IMG/VR virus record: IMGVR_UViG_3300027902_000008
Coordinates: 28,941-92,940 of that record
DNA: 64,000 nt
Direction: 5' to 3' (one strand)
Origin: a virus
A program made the translations under genes and the position numbers. Under the pieces are notes generated by a model, which was not told the DNA's origin, did no database searches, and worked only from the letters and a program-made list of their open reading frames with translations. Of the stretch, positions 50,208-60,552 are shown piece after piece. Within the stretch, counting starts at the first letter, position 1, and the number at the start of each line of letters is the position of its first letter.

Positions 50208-52237
50208 ATCGCATAACTTTTGATAAACCTATCCATATTGATGAAGTAAGGGAACATTATGATTTCAAGAAAGTTTCCCTGCTTACCAAGCCAAATCTCT
50301 ATCCTATGATTGAGGGTGTAGAGTTTTCGGGTAATGTTTCTTTTGTTTTAGAAAAGAGAAGGGTGTTTCCTATCAAGCGTAAGATGGATGCTCATATAGC
50401 ATCTTATGAGAATGCTATGTTAAGAGAATGGAAAAATACAAGAAGTAAATTACAAGCGATTAAAAACAAATTAAAAGATTTTAAAAAGTTAGATTATAAT
50501 AATGCACAAACTATTGATAGGATAGCAAGGATACCCTCTAAATATAAAAAGCAATTTATAGAAGTAGGAGATAAGTATAATCTTAATCTTGCTATACTTG
50601 ATAAGATAGTATTAAATCCTACTTTGTTAGTTAATGCAAGGTATGACAGCAGGAAAAATCTTATGGAGTTGAATCCTGATTATCTCAAACAGCACGGAAT
50701 GATTAGAATTGGAGATAGCGGAGAGTTAATCAGCGAAACAGCCAAGACTTTCATTCACGAATTTGGACACGCATATTGGTATAATTCATTAACAGAAGAA
50801 GATAGAAGACATTGGCAATCGTTATCTCGTTTCTTTGAAAGGAAAGAATTAACAGGTAATATGGAGCAGTATGTAGTTGGCGAAAAGAAAAGATTTGATG
50901 GCTCTACTATGTATTCTCCATATTATACGCATAGAGATGACCCATTTGTAAGCGTATATGCAAGGTTTAATGAAAGAGAAGATTGGGCAGAATGTTTTTT
51001 ATATTATAAAGTTGCACCTAAAACTCTTGCAAGAATAGACCCTAAAAAATATGCCTTTATGGAAGACAAAATTGGTAGTAAGATAGAAAAAGATATTGCC
51101 AAAGTAGAATTTGAACCTATTATTGCTGACCCACATAAGACAAGAGAACAAGTTACATCTGAATTAGATAAATTAAAGGCTAAGTTGAGCCATTCAGCAA
51201 GAGAACATATTGTGAATGTCTTTAATCTTGGAAGACAAAAGGGAGTTTATTATACGAAGGCTCCTTATGACCCAAGATTAAGTGCACAGGATAAAAAAGA
51301 CATACAGGATATATTAGACAGGAATGATGAGTTCCTTAATAGTTTTATGGATGATGTGAATGACCAATATGATGATGTCTTTTTTACCAAAACTCCGACA
51401 GGTATGATAGAATCTGAGAGGCAATATGCAGATATAAGTGAATTTGATGGTGAATTTGACGGAGTTATGGATAACGAAGAACACAGGTTAAGCATCTATG
51501 CTATCAATGGATTAACGCTTGGTTTGATGGCAGGTATGATTGGAGAGATTCAAGATGAGTTTGGCGGTGGTTATTGGCATACTTCTGCTGATGACAGAGT
51601 TTGTGATGGTTGTGATAGATTAGATGGGCAATGGATGTCTTTTGATGAGTTTGATTCTGTATATGGACAAAATGATTGCGATGGTAATTGTAGATGTGGA
51701 GAATTATTTGAACCATCAGAAGCACCTACGGGTATGCCACCGATAGAAGAAGAACCAGATATGTCTCTACCAGCATTGGCTATGGAGAGAATGGTAAAGA
51801 CAGGTCAAAATGCTTATTCTGAAACTGGCTTAGCAGGGACAACTGTTAGAGAAACTCATCCAGAGCTTGATAAACCAGATGGTTACTCAGGATATTCTGG
51901 GACAAAAGCTGCAAGATATTCTAAATCTGATAAGATTGTAGCAGTTGACTATCACGGCACTCTTATGATAGATAATAAACCCAATTTGGAATTAATAAAT
52001 AAATTAAAGGAATATAAAAATGCAGGATATCACATTATTGTGTTTACTTCTGGCATTACTCGCAACCCTTCTATCCTTAACGGAATAAATGTTTGGCTTC
52101 AAGAGAATAAAGTTCCGTATGATGAAGTTTGGCAAAGGCAAGGAAAGCCTGATGCGGATATTTACATAGATGATAAATCATTTAATCCTACTAAAGAGGA
52201 TTTAGACAGCCTTGAAGTAGAACCAAAGGAGGTCTAA
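50204..52237 (+). CDS. MuF-like head morphogenesis protein fused to zincin and HAD-like domains
   Basis: HEFGH..W and EDWAE (zincin); DDRVCDGC...NCRC (MuF); VAVDYHGTL...GKP.AD.YIDDK (HAD). Confidence 0.75.
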   Translation: MNRITFDKPIHIDEVREHYDFKKVSLLTKPNLYPMIEGVEFSGNVSFVLEKRRVFPIKRKMDAHIASYENAMLREWKNTRSKLQAIKNKLKDFKKLDYNNAQTIDRIARIPSKYKKQFIEVGDKYNLNLAILDKIVLNPTLLVNARYDSRKNLMELNPDYLKQHGMIRIGDSGELISETAKTFIHEFGHAYWYNSLTEEDRRHWQSLSRFFERKELTGNMEQYVVGEKKRFDGSTMYSPYYTHRDDPFVSVYARFNEREDWAECFLYYKVAPKTLARIDPKKYAFMEDKIGSKIEKDIAKVEFEPIIADPHKTREQVTSELDKLKAKLSHSAREHIVNVFNLGRQKGVYYTKAPYDPRLSAQDKKDIQDILDRNDEFLNSFMDDVNDQYDDVFFTKTPTGMIESERQYADISEFDGEFDGVMDNEEHRLSIYAINGLTLGLMAGMIGEIQDEFGGGYWHTSADDRVCDGCDRLDGQWMSFDEFDSVYGQNDCDGNCRCGELFEPSEAPTGMPPIEEEPDMSLPALAMERMVKTGQNAYSETGLAGTTVRETHPELDKPDGYSGYSGTKAARYSKSDKIVAVDYHGTLMIDNKPNLELINKLKEYKNAGYHIIVFTSGITRNPSILNGINVWLQENKVPYDEVWQRQGKPDADIYIDDKSFNPTKEDLDSLEVEPKEV

Positions 52238-52238
52238 G

Positions 52239-53870
52239 ATGTCATTACCAGTTTCAGTATTACAGGCAATAGCAAACGGAGATTTTAATAAACTTGTAGA
52301 GTTAATTAACGCTGGGCTTGTTCCTGAGCCTACAGACCACTCACAAAATACAGATACAGGAACTAATAAGAATGATTTTGCTGTTGGTGATGGTGTAGGC
52401 ACTTCCCATAAAAGCCTTACCGTTAATAATGGTGCTACCAATAAGCCACAGATGAGATACAATAAAGATACTCACAGATGGCAGTATACAAATGATGGGT
52501 TATCTTATTTTGACGTAGGAGTAGGTAGTGCTTCGGGATACAGCGGATATAGTGGTTTTTCTGGTTATTCAGGATTTTCTGGTTTTTCTGGATACAGCGG
52601 ATTTTCAGGAGAACAAGGTAATAGCGGTTTCAGTGGTTGTTCGGGAGAAAAAGGCTTCTCAGGATATTCTGGTTATTCGGGAGACCAAGGTAATTCAGGC
52701 TATAGTGGTTCTGTAGGCAATAGCGGTTTCTCAGGTTATAGTGGATTTTCAGGACAAGATGGAACTTCTGGATATTCAGGTCAAGATGGAATAAGCGGTT
52801 ATTCAGGATTTGATGGTTCAAGCGGATTCTCAGGTCAGGATGGATTAAGCGGATACTCAGGATATAGCGGATATTCTGGTGATGCTCCTGGCACTTCAGG
52901 ATTCTCAGGTTATAGTGGTTATAGTGGCTATGTCGGAGATAGCGGATTTAGTGGATATAGTGGATATGTAGGAGACAGCGGTTATAGTGGTTTTTCAGGA
53001 GATTCAGGTTATAGCGGTTACGTAGGTGATTCAGGATTTTCTGGCTATTCAGGATATGAAGGAACTTCTGGTTATTCTGGATATTCAGGAGATTCTGGAT
53101 TTGTAGGAATATCAGGTTTCTCAGGATATAGTGGAACATCTGGAGACCCAGGAGGAGATTCTGGTTACTCAGGTTATTCTGGACAAGACGGTTTATCAGG
53201 ATATTCTGGTTTCTCTGGGCAAGATGGTTATTCAGGGTTTGATGGACTATCAGGATACTCTGGATTTTCAGGCATAGATGGATATTCGGGATTTGATGGT
53301 TTGTCAGGCTATTCTGGATTTTCTGGACAAAATGGATTATCAGGATATTCAGGCTTTTCGGGACAAGATGGTTTATCTGGATATTCAGGATTTAGCGGAC
53401 AAAATGGGTTATCTGGATACTCTGGATATTCAGGAAAATCAGGTTATAGTGGCTACTCAGGCTACTCAGGATATTCAGGATATTCAGGTTACTCTGGGTA
53501 TAGTGGCTATTCAGGATATAGTGGCTACAGCGGATATTCAGGATACAGTGGTTACTCAGGATACAGCGGTTATTCAGGGTTTAGTGGATTAGATTTCCCT
53601 AAGACATATAATTATGTTGACAAGACAGGAGATTATGTTGCTACAACTGCTGATGATGTGATAGGTTGTCTTGGAGACCTTGCGATAACTCTTTATACTG
53701 CTGTAGGACACAAAGGGAGATGGCTTTCCATTAAAAATAAAGGAACTGGAACTACCACAATAACTCCCAATGGTGCAGAGACTATAGATGGTGCTCCAAC
53801 ATTTGCACTATCTCAATGGGATTACATCACTGTTATAAGTGATGGAGCAAATTGGTTAATTATAAATTAA
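52239..53870 (+). CDS. (Ser-Gly-X)n collagen-like repeat virion protein
   Basis: About 350 aa of SGY/SGF repeats; C-terminal beta domain (TITPNGAETIDG...SDGANW). Confidence 0.85.
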   Translation: MSLPVSVLQAIANGDFNKLVELINAGLVPEPTDHSQNTDTGTNKNDFAVGDGVGTSHKSLTVNNGATNKPQMRYNKDTHRWQYTNDGLSYFDVGVGSASGYSGYSGFSGYSGFSGFSGYSGFSGEQGNSGFSGCSGEKGFSGYSGYSGDQGNSGYSGSVGNSGFSGYSGFSGQDGTSGYSGQDGISGYSGFDGSSGFSGQDGLSGYSGYSGYSGDAPGTSGFSGYSGYSGYVGDSGFSGYSGYVGDSGYSGFSGDSGYSGYVGDSGFSGYSGYEGTSGYSGYSGDSGFVGISGFSGYSGTSGDPGGDSGYSGYSGQDGLSGYSGFSGQDGYSGFDGLSGYSGFSGIDGYSGFDGLSGYSGFSGQNGLSGYSGFSGQDGLSGYSGFSGQNGLSGYSGYSGKSGYSGYSGYSGYSGYSGYSGYSGYSGYSGYSGYSGYSGYSGYSGYSGFSGLDFPKTYNYVDKTGDYVATTADDVIGCLGDLAITLYTAVGHKGRWLSIKNKGTGTTTITPNGAETIDGAPTFALSQWDYITVISDGANWLIIN

Positions 53871-54091
53871 GGGAAGGTTATGATATCTAAGAAGACATTA
53901 AGAAAGATGCCAGAGCCTCTGAAGCTTGAGAGAACAGGAGAAAATACTTTTGTTATCTCAACAAATGATGGTAGTAAGTTTGAGGGAAAGTTTAACTCAA
54001 AAACTCATACTGTCAATAGATATGGCAAAATAGTTCCAAGATAACTCAGAATTGTATTGACAATCTAACTTAATGAGTATAAGAATAAGAT

Positions 54092-55930
54092 ATGCCTATT
54101 AAAAAATGTCCAAACAATAAATTTAGGATTGGCTCTGGAAAGTGCATATATGATACAGAAGAAAAAGCAAACAGGGCATACAGAGGATATCTTGGTTCAA
54201 AATATGGAAAGTTACTTAAAGGAGGGATTATGGACACCAAACTAAACTTTTTTGTTCCGATTAGCAAGTTAGATGAAGAGCAAAGAATGGTTTATGGTAT
54301 TGCCACTTGCTCTAAACTTGATAATCAGAATGAAATAGTAGATTATAACGCCACAAAGGAAGCATTAAAAGAATATTCTAACTGGCGTAATATCAGAGAA
54401 ATGCACAGACCAAGTGCTGTTGGGATTGCACCCGTTCTTGAATTGCGTGATAATACTGAAGAATTATTCATAGGTGCAAAGATAGTTGATGACCCTGCTT
54501 GGCTAAAGTGTAAAGAGGGTGTCTATAAGGGCTTCTCAATAGGAGGAGATAAATTAGACCAAAAGGTTGAACTCAATAAAGCTACGAACAAAACTGTTAA
54601 CCGAGTTACCAAGTATATGCTGAATGAAATATCTCTGGTTGATAGACCAGCAAATCCCGCCTGCAAGTTTCAAACTGTTAAAAGAGACACTTCTGTTCAC
54701 GTAGTTACAATAGCAGAAGACCCTCTCAGAAATGAATCAGCGAGAGTTATGGAGAAAGCAATAACACTTGCTAAGAGAGTGTTAAGCAAGGAAGACTTAG
54801 AAAAATTACCAGATGAAAACTTTGGTTTAATTAAAGTAACTGCTGATGGCGATACGCTTATCAAGACAAGAGATTATCCTATGCCTGATAAGACTCACGC
54901 TATCAATATGGTTAGAAAAATGGTAGGGGCTGATGAATTAACGCCTTTAGAAAAGGAAAGAATACATCAGAATGCCCTGCTGATATTGGGCAAGAAACAT
55001 AATGAAAACGAATGCCCTTATTGCATAAATAAAAATTTAAAAGGAGGTGTTGAAGTGGACAAGAAAGTTGAAAAAGCGGGTTCTGTGGTTATTACACACG
55101 AACCAGATAAAAAAACCGTTGAAGTAAAAGACGGAGATATGGCTCACGAGCAGGATGTAAAGCCAGCAGCTGATACTCTTAAAGAGCAACCAGCAGCTGA
55201 GAAGAAACCTGAAACAATTTCTCAAAAACCTGCTCACGAACAAAAGCCTCATATTGCAACAGAAGAAGAGGAAGATGTAAAAGATACTGGCGTTGCTACT
55301 ACTACAGACCAGAAATTAGACAGGATTATCTCTTTACTTGAAGGTGCATTAGGTGGTGGCGAAGAAACAGAGGGTGAAGAAGATATGGGTTATGAGGAAG
55401 ATGAAGAAGTAACCAAGCCTGATGTAAAACCAGCTGAGGAAGATTCTGCTGATGGTGAAGAACCTGCAAAGATTAAGGTTGAAGAGGAAGATGATGAGAC
55501 TAAACAACCAGATGCGGTTCCAGCAGTAGCAGCTGAAGAGGAAGAAGAGGATGAAACTTGCAAGGGAACAAAAGTAAAGACAATAAAGAAGGTTCTTAAG
55601 TTTAAAAAAGGTTCTCTTCTCGCAAAGATTAAGGCTATTGTAGAACCAATAGCAAAAGAAAATCAGATTCTTAGAGAAAAGATAGAGAAGTTAGAAAAAA
55701 CTCCCTTACCTCGCAAAGAGGCTAAGGCAGGAGATAAACCAGTAAAGGTAGAAAAGTATCAAGAAGTAAAATTAGAAAAGAAAGAAACAGACTTTAGTTC
55801 TGAGTTGCAAAAAGATATTGATAAAGCAAAAGAACTCAGGATGAATAAAGGCACTAACCTTAGTAAAGAAGATGAAGCATTCTGCCAGCGTGTGGCTGAA
55901 AAGATGCTTGCTGAAAAACTCTCCAAATAA
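54092..55930 (+). CDS. Prohead protease fused to acidic scaffold
   Basis: K.DEEQRMVYG.A...D.Q.E; IREMH..AVG; YKGFSIGG; EISLVDRPANP; Glu-rich C-terminal half; internal SD+starts at 54230 and 55055. Confidence 0.88.
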   Translation: MPIKKCPNNKFRIGSGKCIYDTEEKANRAYRGYLGSKYGKLLKGGIMDTKLNFFVPISKLDEEQRMVYGIATCSKLDNQNEIVDYNATKEALKEYSNWRNIREMHRPSAVGIAPVLELRDNTEELFIGAKIVDDPAWLKCKEGVYKGFSIGGDKLDQKVELNKATNKTVNRVTKYMLNEISLVDRPANPACKFQTVKRDTSVHVVTIAEDPLRNESARVMEKAITLAKRVLSKEDLEKLPDENFGLIKVTADGDTLIKTRDYPMPDKTHAINMVRKMVGADELTPLEKERIHQNALLILGKKHNENECPYCINKNLKGGVEVDKKVEKAGSVVITHEPDKKTVEVKDGDMAHEQDVKPAADTLKEQPAAEKKPETISQKPAHEQKPHIATEEEEDVKDTGVATTTDQKLDRIISLLEGALGGGEETEGEEDMGYEEDEEVTKPDVKPAEEDSADGEEPAKIKVEEEDDETKQPDAVPAVAAEEEEEDETCKGTKVKTIKKVLKFKKGSLLAKIKAIVEPIAKENQILREKIEKLEKTPLPRKEAKAGDKPVKVEKYQEVKLEKKETDFSSELQKDIDKAKELRMNKGTNLSKEDEAFCQRVAEKMLAEKLSK

Positions 55931-55983
55931 GGGAGAGAATAGTTATAAAAATTCTATAGGGAAGGAGGTAAACACATACACAA

Positions 55984-56982
55984 ATGTTTTTCAATCCACA
56001 GGCGATAGATAAGGCAATTAGCGATATCCAGAAAACAATTGGTAGCCTTGATGTAGAAGGTCTTCTATTAGTTCGTGAAGACTTACAGGCGGAATTAGCA
56101 ATTATGGCACCCACCGATACCCCAGTCCGCAACAGATTGAACAGGATTCAGGGTAATGGTAAAGCACACGCTTGGTATCAATTAGTTCCAAATCTGGCTA
56201 CTGAAGGTTTGTTCTTAGGAACAGCACCTTCCAATGCTTTCTTTGAGAGAGGCGGATTGCCTAATGCCACCCAAGCATCATATAAGTATAAATCAGCTCC
56301 ATACACATCATTGGGAGATATGATAGTTGTATCTTTCTTTGACCAAATGGCTGGTGCAACTTATGCTGATGTTAAAAAACTGCAAACCAAGATTAAGATG
56401 ATTAACACTGCTTTAATAGAGGAGTGGGCAATCATCAATGGTAACTCTGCAAATCCTTTGCAGTTTGATGGGTTGTTAACGCAGATTTCAACGAATACCG
56501 AAGATGCAGGTGGTTATCTTTTTACTCTTAATCAGATTAACAATATTATGAGAAAGATAACCTTGCTCGGTGGTAAGCCACAAGCAGCAATTATGGGGTA
56601 TAGAGATAATCAACACTTTAGTGAATTGATTCTCTCTTCCTACTACAGATTGTTCCAAGCAGGTGCTGGAGCATTAGCAGACGTTCCTGCTGGTGTGGCT
56701 ATTACCAAATGGGTTTCTCCGTTTGGAACCATTGACATTATCGGTAGCCGTTTTCTGCCTAACGATGGAAGCACAGGCAATATCATTGTCATAGACGATA
56801 AAACCGTCTTAGATGATGGTAACGCAGTGCAGATGGTAGATTTAATGCCTATTAGTTCAATTGATTTGGCATTGCTACAGACTGCATACAGGACAATTAT
56901 CTGCGAGTTTACAGTTTTGCAGATGACCTGCGAATCCTTCCAAGGCAAATTAATAAATTGCGGTTCAACTGAAGCCCCATAA
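55984..56982 (+). CDS. Major capsid protein
   Basis: Follows protease/scaffold; REDL......P.DTP...L; EE.AI.NG.....FDGL. Confidence 0.85.
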   Translation: MFFNPQAIDKAISDIQKTIGSLDVEGLLLVREDLQAELAIMAPTDTPVRNRLNRIQGNGKAHAWYQLVPNLATEGLFLGTAPSNAFFERGGLPNATQASYKYKSAPYTSLGDMIVVSFFDQMAGATYADVKKLQTKIKMINTALIEEWAIINGNSANPLQFDGLLTQISTNTEDAGGYLFTLNQINNIMRKITLLGGKPQAAIMGYRDNQHFSELILSSYYRLFQAGAGALADVPAGVAITKWVSPFGTIDIIGSRFLPNDGSTGNIIVIDDKTVLDDGNAVQMVDLMPISSIDLALLQTAYRTIICEFTVLQMTCESFQGKLINCGSTEAP

Positions 56983-57017
56983 AATAACGGTTGAATCCAA
57001 GGTCTATAAATTTTTTG

Positions 57018-57045
57018 GGGAAGGCTGACCACCTTCCCTGTTCTG
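57018..57045 (+). terminator. Hairpin after the capsid gene
   Basis: GGGAAGG-CTGACCA-CCTTCCC-TGTTCT. Confidence 0.45.
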
Positions 57046-57064
57046 ATTTATAGAGGAGGATATA

Positions 57065-57292
57065 GTGAAAGGTATAGTTATTTGGTTTAACGAAAAAAGA
57101 GGGTATGGTTTTATAAGACCCGAAGATAAATCAAAAGATGTTTTTGTTCATTATACAGGAATAGCAAGCGAAGATAAATTTAAGCAACTTAAGCAAAATC
57201 AACAAGTAGAATTTGATTTATTTGATAATGAAAAAGGCAGGACGGCTATAAATGTGAAAGTAATAGGAGACCAAGTAAAGGTTTCTGTATGA
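57065..57292 (+). CDS. csp: Cold-shock protein
   Basis: KG.V.WFN..RGYGFI (RNP1), DVFVHY (RNP2). Confidence 0.93.
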   Translation: MKGIVIWFNEKRGYGFIRPEDKSKDVFVHYTGIASEDKFKQLKQNQQVEFDLFDNEKGRTAINVKVIGDQVKVSV

Positions 57293-58557
57293 AATTGTCA
57301 GTTATAATACCGACCTATAATCACTTAGATGATTGCTTAAAGCCTTGTATTGAAAGTATAATAAAATATACAGACTTTAAGGATACGGAAGTTATTGTCT
57401 CTGCAAATGGTTGTAAGGATAACACAGATAGATATGTAAGGTCTTTAGGCTCACCTTTTAAACTAATCTGGAACGAAAAACCAGTAGGCTTCCCAAAAGC
57501 AATAAATGATGGCATAGAATCCTCAATTGGAGATTATGTCATTCTCCTCAACAATGATACTGTCTTGTTGCCACAACAGAAAAATACTTGGATAAACATT
57601 CTATTAGAACCATTTTCAGATGAAAAGGTAGGTATTTCTGGACCTGTTGCAGTATGGAATGTTCCAGCAGGTAGAAGGTTTCTGATTTTCTTCTGCACTG
57701 CTATTAAAAGAGAAGTAATTAATAAGATAGGTTTACTTGATTTGATTTTTAGTCCTGGCGGTTGTGAGGATGTAGATTATAGCGTAAAGGCTGAGGATGC
57801 TGGTTTCAAAGTTGTTCAAGTCCCTAATCAAAATGCAGTAGGATTTGGGAAAGGTATGTTTGTGGGAAATTTCCCAATATATCATAAAGGGCAGGCTACA
57901 ATACGTGATAAAAACTGCGAAAAAGATTTCCAAAAAATACAAGATAGAAACTCTCATATCTTAGCAACAAGATATAATCATCAATGGAAATTGGGGAATA
58001 ACTGGGAAAGGGCTGTATTTGATGGTAAAGAGCCTATTCCTCCAAGAGAACATCTAAGATACCAATGGGCTAAAGATAACGTTTTAGGCAAAAAGGTTTT
58101 AGATATAGGTTGTTCTTCTGGCTATGGATGGCGTTATTTAAAAGATATAGCAGGAATGGAATATCTTGGTATAGATAAAGATGTAGCAGTTATAGAATTT
58201 GCTAAGAAAAACTTTGGAGATAGGTTTGCAGTAGCAGATATTGATACTTTTGAATTTGGTCAATATGACACTATCGTAGCATTTGAGATTTTAGAGCATT
58301 TGACATACGGAAAAGAATTGGCACAAAAATTAAAGAAACATTGTAAGTGTTTGTTGGCTACAACTCCGTATAAAGAAGAACCAGGATTCTGGGGACCACA
58401 TCATAAATTACACAGGTTAAAAGAAGATGATTTCCCTGATTTTGAATATCAGTATATCAATACTACTGGAATAATATCAAGAACTCCAGATAATATTAAG
58501 GGAATGAATTTAATGTTAATGAAATGGATAAAGAATGGAGTTAAAATTGAAGCTTAA
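57289..58557 (+). CDS. GT2 glycosyltransferase fused to class I methyltransferase
   Basis: SVIIPTYN; GF..A.N.G; LLNND; EDVDY; then RY.WA...VLDIGCSSGYG, FEILEHL. Confidence 0.88.
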   Translation: MKLSVIIPTYNHLDDCLKPCIESIIKYTDFKDTEVIVSANGCKDNTDRYVRSLGSPFKLIWNEKPVGFPKAINDGIESSIGDYVILLNNDTVLLPQQKNTWINILLEPFSDEKVGISGPVAVWNVPAGRRFLIFFCTAIKREVINKIGLLDLIFSPGGCEDVDYSVKAEDAGFKVVQVPNQNAVGFGKGMFVGNFPIYHKGQATIRDKNCEKDFQKIQDRNSHILATRYNHQWKLGNNWERAVFDGKEPIPPREHLRYQWAKDNVLGKKVLDIGCSSGYGWRYLKDIAGMEYLGIDKDVAVIEFAKKNFGDRFAVADIDTFEFGQYDTIVAFEILEHLTYGKELAQKLKKHCKCLLATTPYKEEPGFWGPHHKLHRLKEDDFPDFEYQYINTTGIISRTPDNIKGMNLMLMKWIKNGVKIEA

Positions 58558-59017
58558 TTTGGGGTGTGGGGATAAAATTTTAGAAGGTTATGTAAATATA
58601 GATTTATATAATCCAAAGGCTAATTTAATTGCGGATGCTACTAAATTAGATTTTATAGAAAATGATTCGGTAGATGAAATACAAACCATAGCTTTTTTTG
58701 AACATATAAATCCATTTAAAGCTGGCGATACTCTTGTTGAGTGGAAAAGAGTTCTTAAGAAAGGAGGCAAGTTAATTATAGAAATGCCAGATATACTTGA
58801 ACTCTGTAAACACTTTATAGAGGGAGATAAGAAAGAGAGGTATCATTTATTAAATTGCATCTATGGGACTACTCAACCTGAACATCCACATTTATTTGGT
58901 TGGTATCCTGATATAATATCTGACCATTTAGTTGCTGTCGGATTTAAAGATATCAAGATATTACTAGCTCAGAATTATCATTGGGGATACAATTTTAGAA
59001 CGGAGGCAATAAAGTGA
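58535..59017 (+). CDS. Class I SAM methyltransferase
   Basis: KLNLGCG.....GYVNID; EH; EW.RVLK.GG.L.IE.PD. Confidence 0.85.
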   Translation: MELKLKLNLGCGDKILEGYVNIDLYNPKANLIADATKLDFIENDSVDEIQTIAFFEHINPFKAGDTLVEWKRVLKKGGKLIIEMPDILELCKHFIEGDKKERYHLLNCIYGTTQPEHPHLFGWYPDIISDHLVAVGFKDIKILLAQNYHWGYNFRTEAIK

Positions 59018-60072
59018 ACAATAAAGATATAGACATTACGGCTGAAATAAGCACAGCAGGAAGATATTATTCAACGTTACCAATGGCAATTGTTTCTGTT
59101 GCTAACCAGACATATAAACCAAAGGAAATTCTTATCTATGATGATGGAGAACAAAAAGATTTAAGACAAGAACCATTATATCAGTATATTTTTGGTTTGT
59201 TGCAAGAGAAAGGTATCAAATGGAGAGTAGGATTTGGTGCAAGAATGGGACAAGTTCTTAATCATCAAAGAGCATTACAGGAAGCAGAAACAGAATGGCT
59301 TTGGAGATTAGATGATGATAATGTTGCAGAGCCAGATGTATTAGAAAAACTTATTAGGAATATTACAGATAAAACTGGTGCTGTTGCTGGGTTAGTTTTG
59401 CATCCAAATAGACCTATCTTGGAGTTGCCAAAGTTTTGGTCTATAAACAAGATAGAGGATTGTCAAGACCCATCTATGCTTAATATACAATGGTTTAAAC
59501 AGAAAGGTGTCAAGTCTGTTGACCATTTATACAGCACTTTCATATACAGGAAAGAGGCAGCCAAGCACGGATACAATATGGATTTAAGTCCTGTGGGACA
59601 TAGGGAAGAAACTTTATTAACTTATGAAATGAAAAGGAATGGTTGGGACTTAATCCTTGACCCAGAAGCAGTTACTTGGCACTTTAGATTAGGCACTGGT
59701 GGTATTAGGGGAAAATTCCATACCAAAGAAGCATTTGACCACGATGAACAGGTATTCTTAAGTAAACTAAAAGAGTGGGGAATAAAGTTAAAATACAACA
59801 AGCTTGTGGTTCTTGATTGCGGATTAGGAGACCATTTGGTATTTAGTAAAATTATACCAGAGATAAAGAAAAAATATCCCAACCAGAAATTGATTATAGC
59901 CTGTTGTTTTCCTGAAGTATTTGAAGATGAAGATGATAATGTTATCTTAATCAGCATAGCAGATGCTATAAGCCATTGTGGAGATATTAGTAGTTTTAAC
60001 ATATACAAATGGATGTGGGATAGAAATTGGAAGAAATCATTGGAAGATGCGTTTAGAGGATTATATCTTTAA
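59014..60072 (+). CDS. GT2 glycosyltransferase with GT9-like C-terminal segment
   Basis: NQT..P.EI.I.DD; WRLDDD; HREET; GLGDH..F. Confidence 0.8.
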   Translation: MNNKDIDITAEISTAGRYYSTLPMAIVSVANQTYKPKEILIYDDGEQKDLRQEPLYQYIFGLLQEKGIKWRVGFGARMGQVLNHQRALQEAETEWLWRLDDDNVAEPDVLEKLIRNITDKTGAVAGLVLHPNRPILELPKFWSINKIEDCQDPSMLNIQWFKQKGVKSVDHLYSTFIYRKEAAKHGYNMDLSPVGHREETLLTYEMKRNGWDLILDPEAVTWHFRLGTGGIRGKFHTKEAFDHDEQVFLSKLKEWGIKLKYNKLVVLDCGLGDHLVFSKIIPEIKKKYPNQKLIIACCFPEVFEDEDDNVILISIADAISHCGDISSFNIYKWMWDRNWKKSLEDAFRGLYL

Positions 60073-60084
60073 GGAGAATATAGA

Positions 60085-60552
60085 ATGAAGACAATTATTA
60101 TAAGTCCATTTTCAAGATTTATGAGAAACGGACAATTAAATCCTAAAAATTATCCTTACTGGAAAGAATTAGTAGGGATGTTAAAAGAAAAAGGTTATTA
60201 CGTTATTCAAGTTGGCATAGACGGAGAGGCAGTAATAGGAGCAGATGAATTTGTGAAAAATCCTTCCCTTAAAACATTAAAAAAGATGATTAATGAATGT
60301 TTTATTTGGTTTTCAGTTGATAATTTTTTCCAGCATTTAGCATATCTATTGAATAAGAAGGGTATTGTGATATTTGGTCAGTCAGACCCTATAATTTTTG
60401 GACATAACACAAATATAAATATGTTAAAAGACAGGAGGTTTTTAAAACCTCTTCAGTTTGACATATGGGAAAGGTCTATATTTTCAGAAGATATTTTTCC
60501 AAAACCTGAAGAAGTGATGGAATATTTTAATAAAATGGAAGGAGAAAAATGA
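60085..60552 (+). CDS. GT9 (heptosyltransferase-like) C-terminal domain protein
   Basis: KNYPYW.ELV; VIQVG; SVDNFFQHLA; GIVIFG.SDP..FG. Confidence 0.7.
   Translation: MKTIIISPFSRFMRNGQLNPKNYPYWKELVGMLKEKGYYVIQVGIDGEAVIGADEFVKNPSLKTLKKMINECFIWFSVDNFFQHLAYLLNKKGIVIFGQSDPIIFGHNTNINMLKDRRFLKPLQFDIWERSIFSEDIFPKPEEVMEYFNKMEGEK

Noticed and set aside
54338-54355. Gapped self-match of array 1 (GT GA TA AA GC AC) to protease codons gta gat tat aac gcc aca
   Set aside because: Only 12 informative nt and no extension on either side; about one such match is expected by chance in 64 kb.
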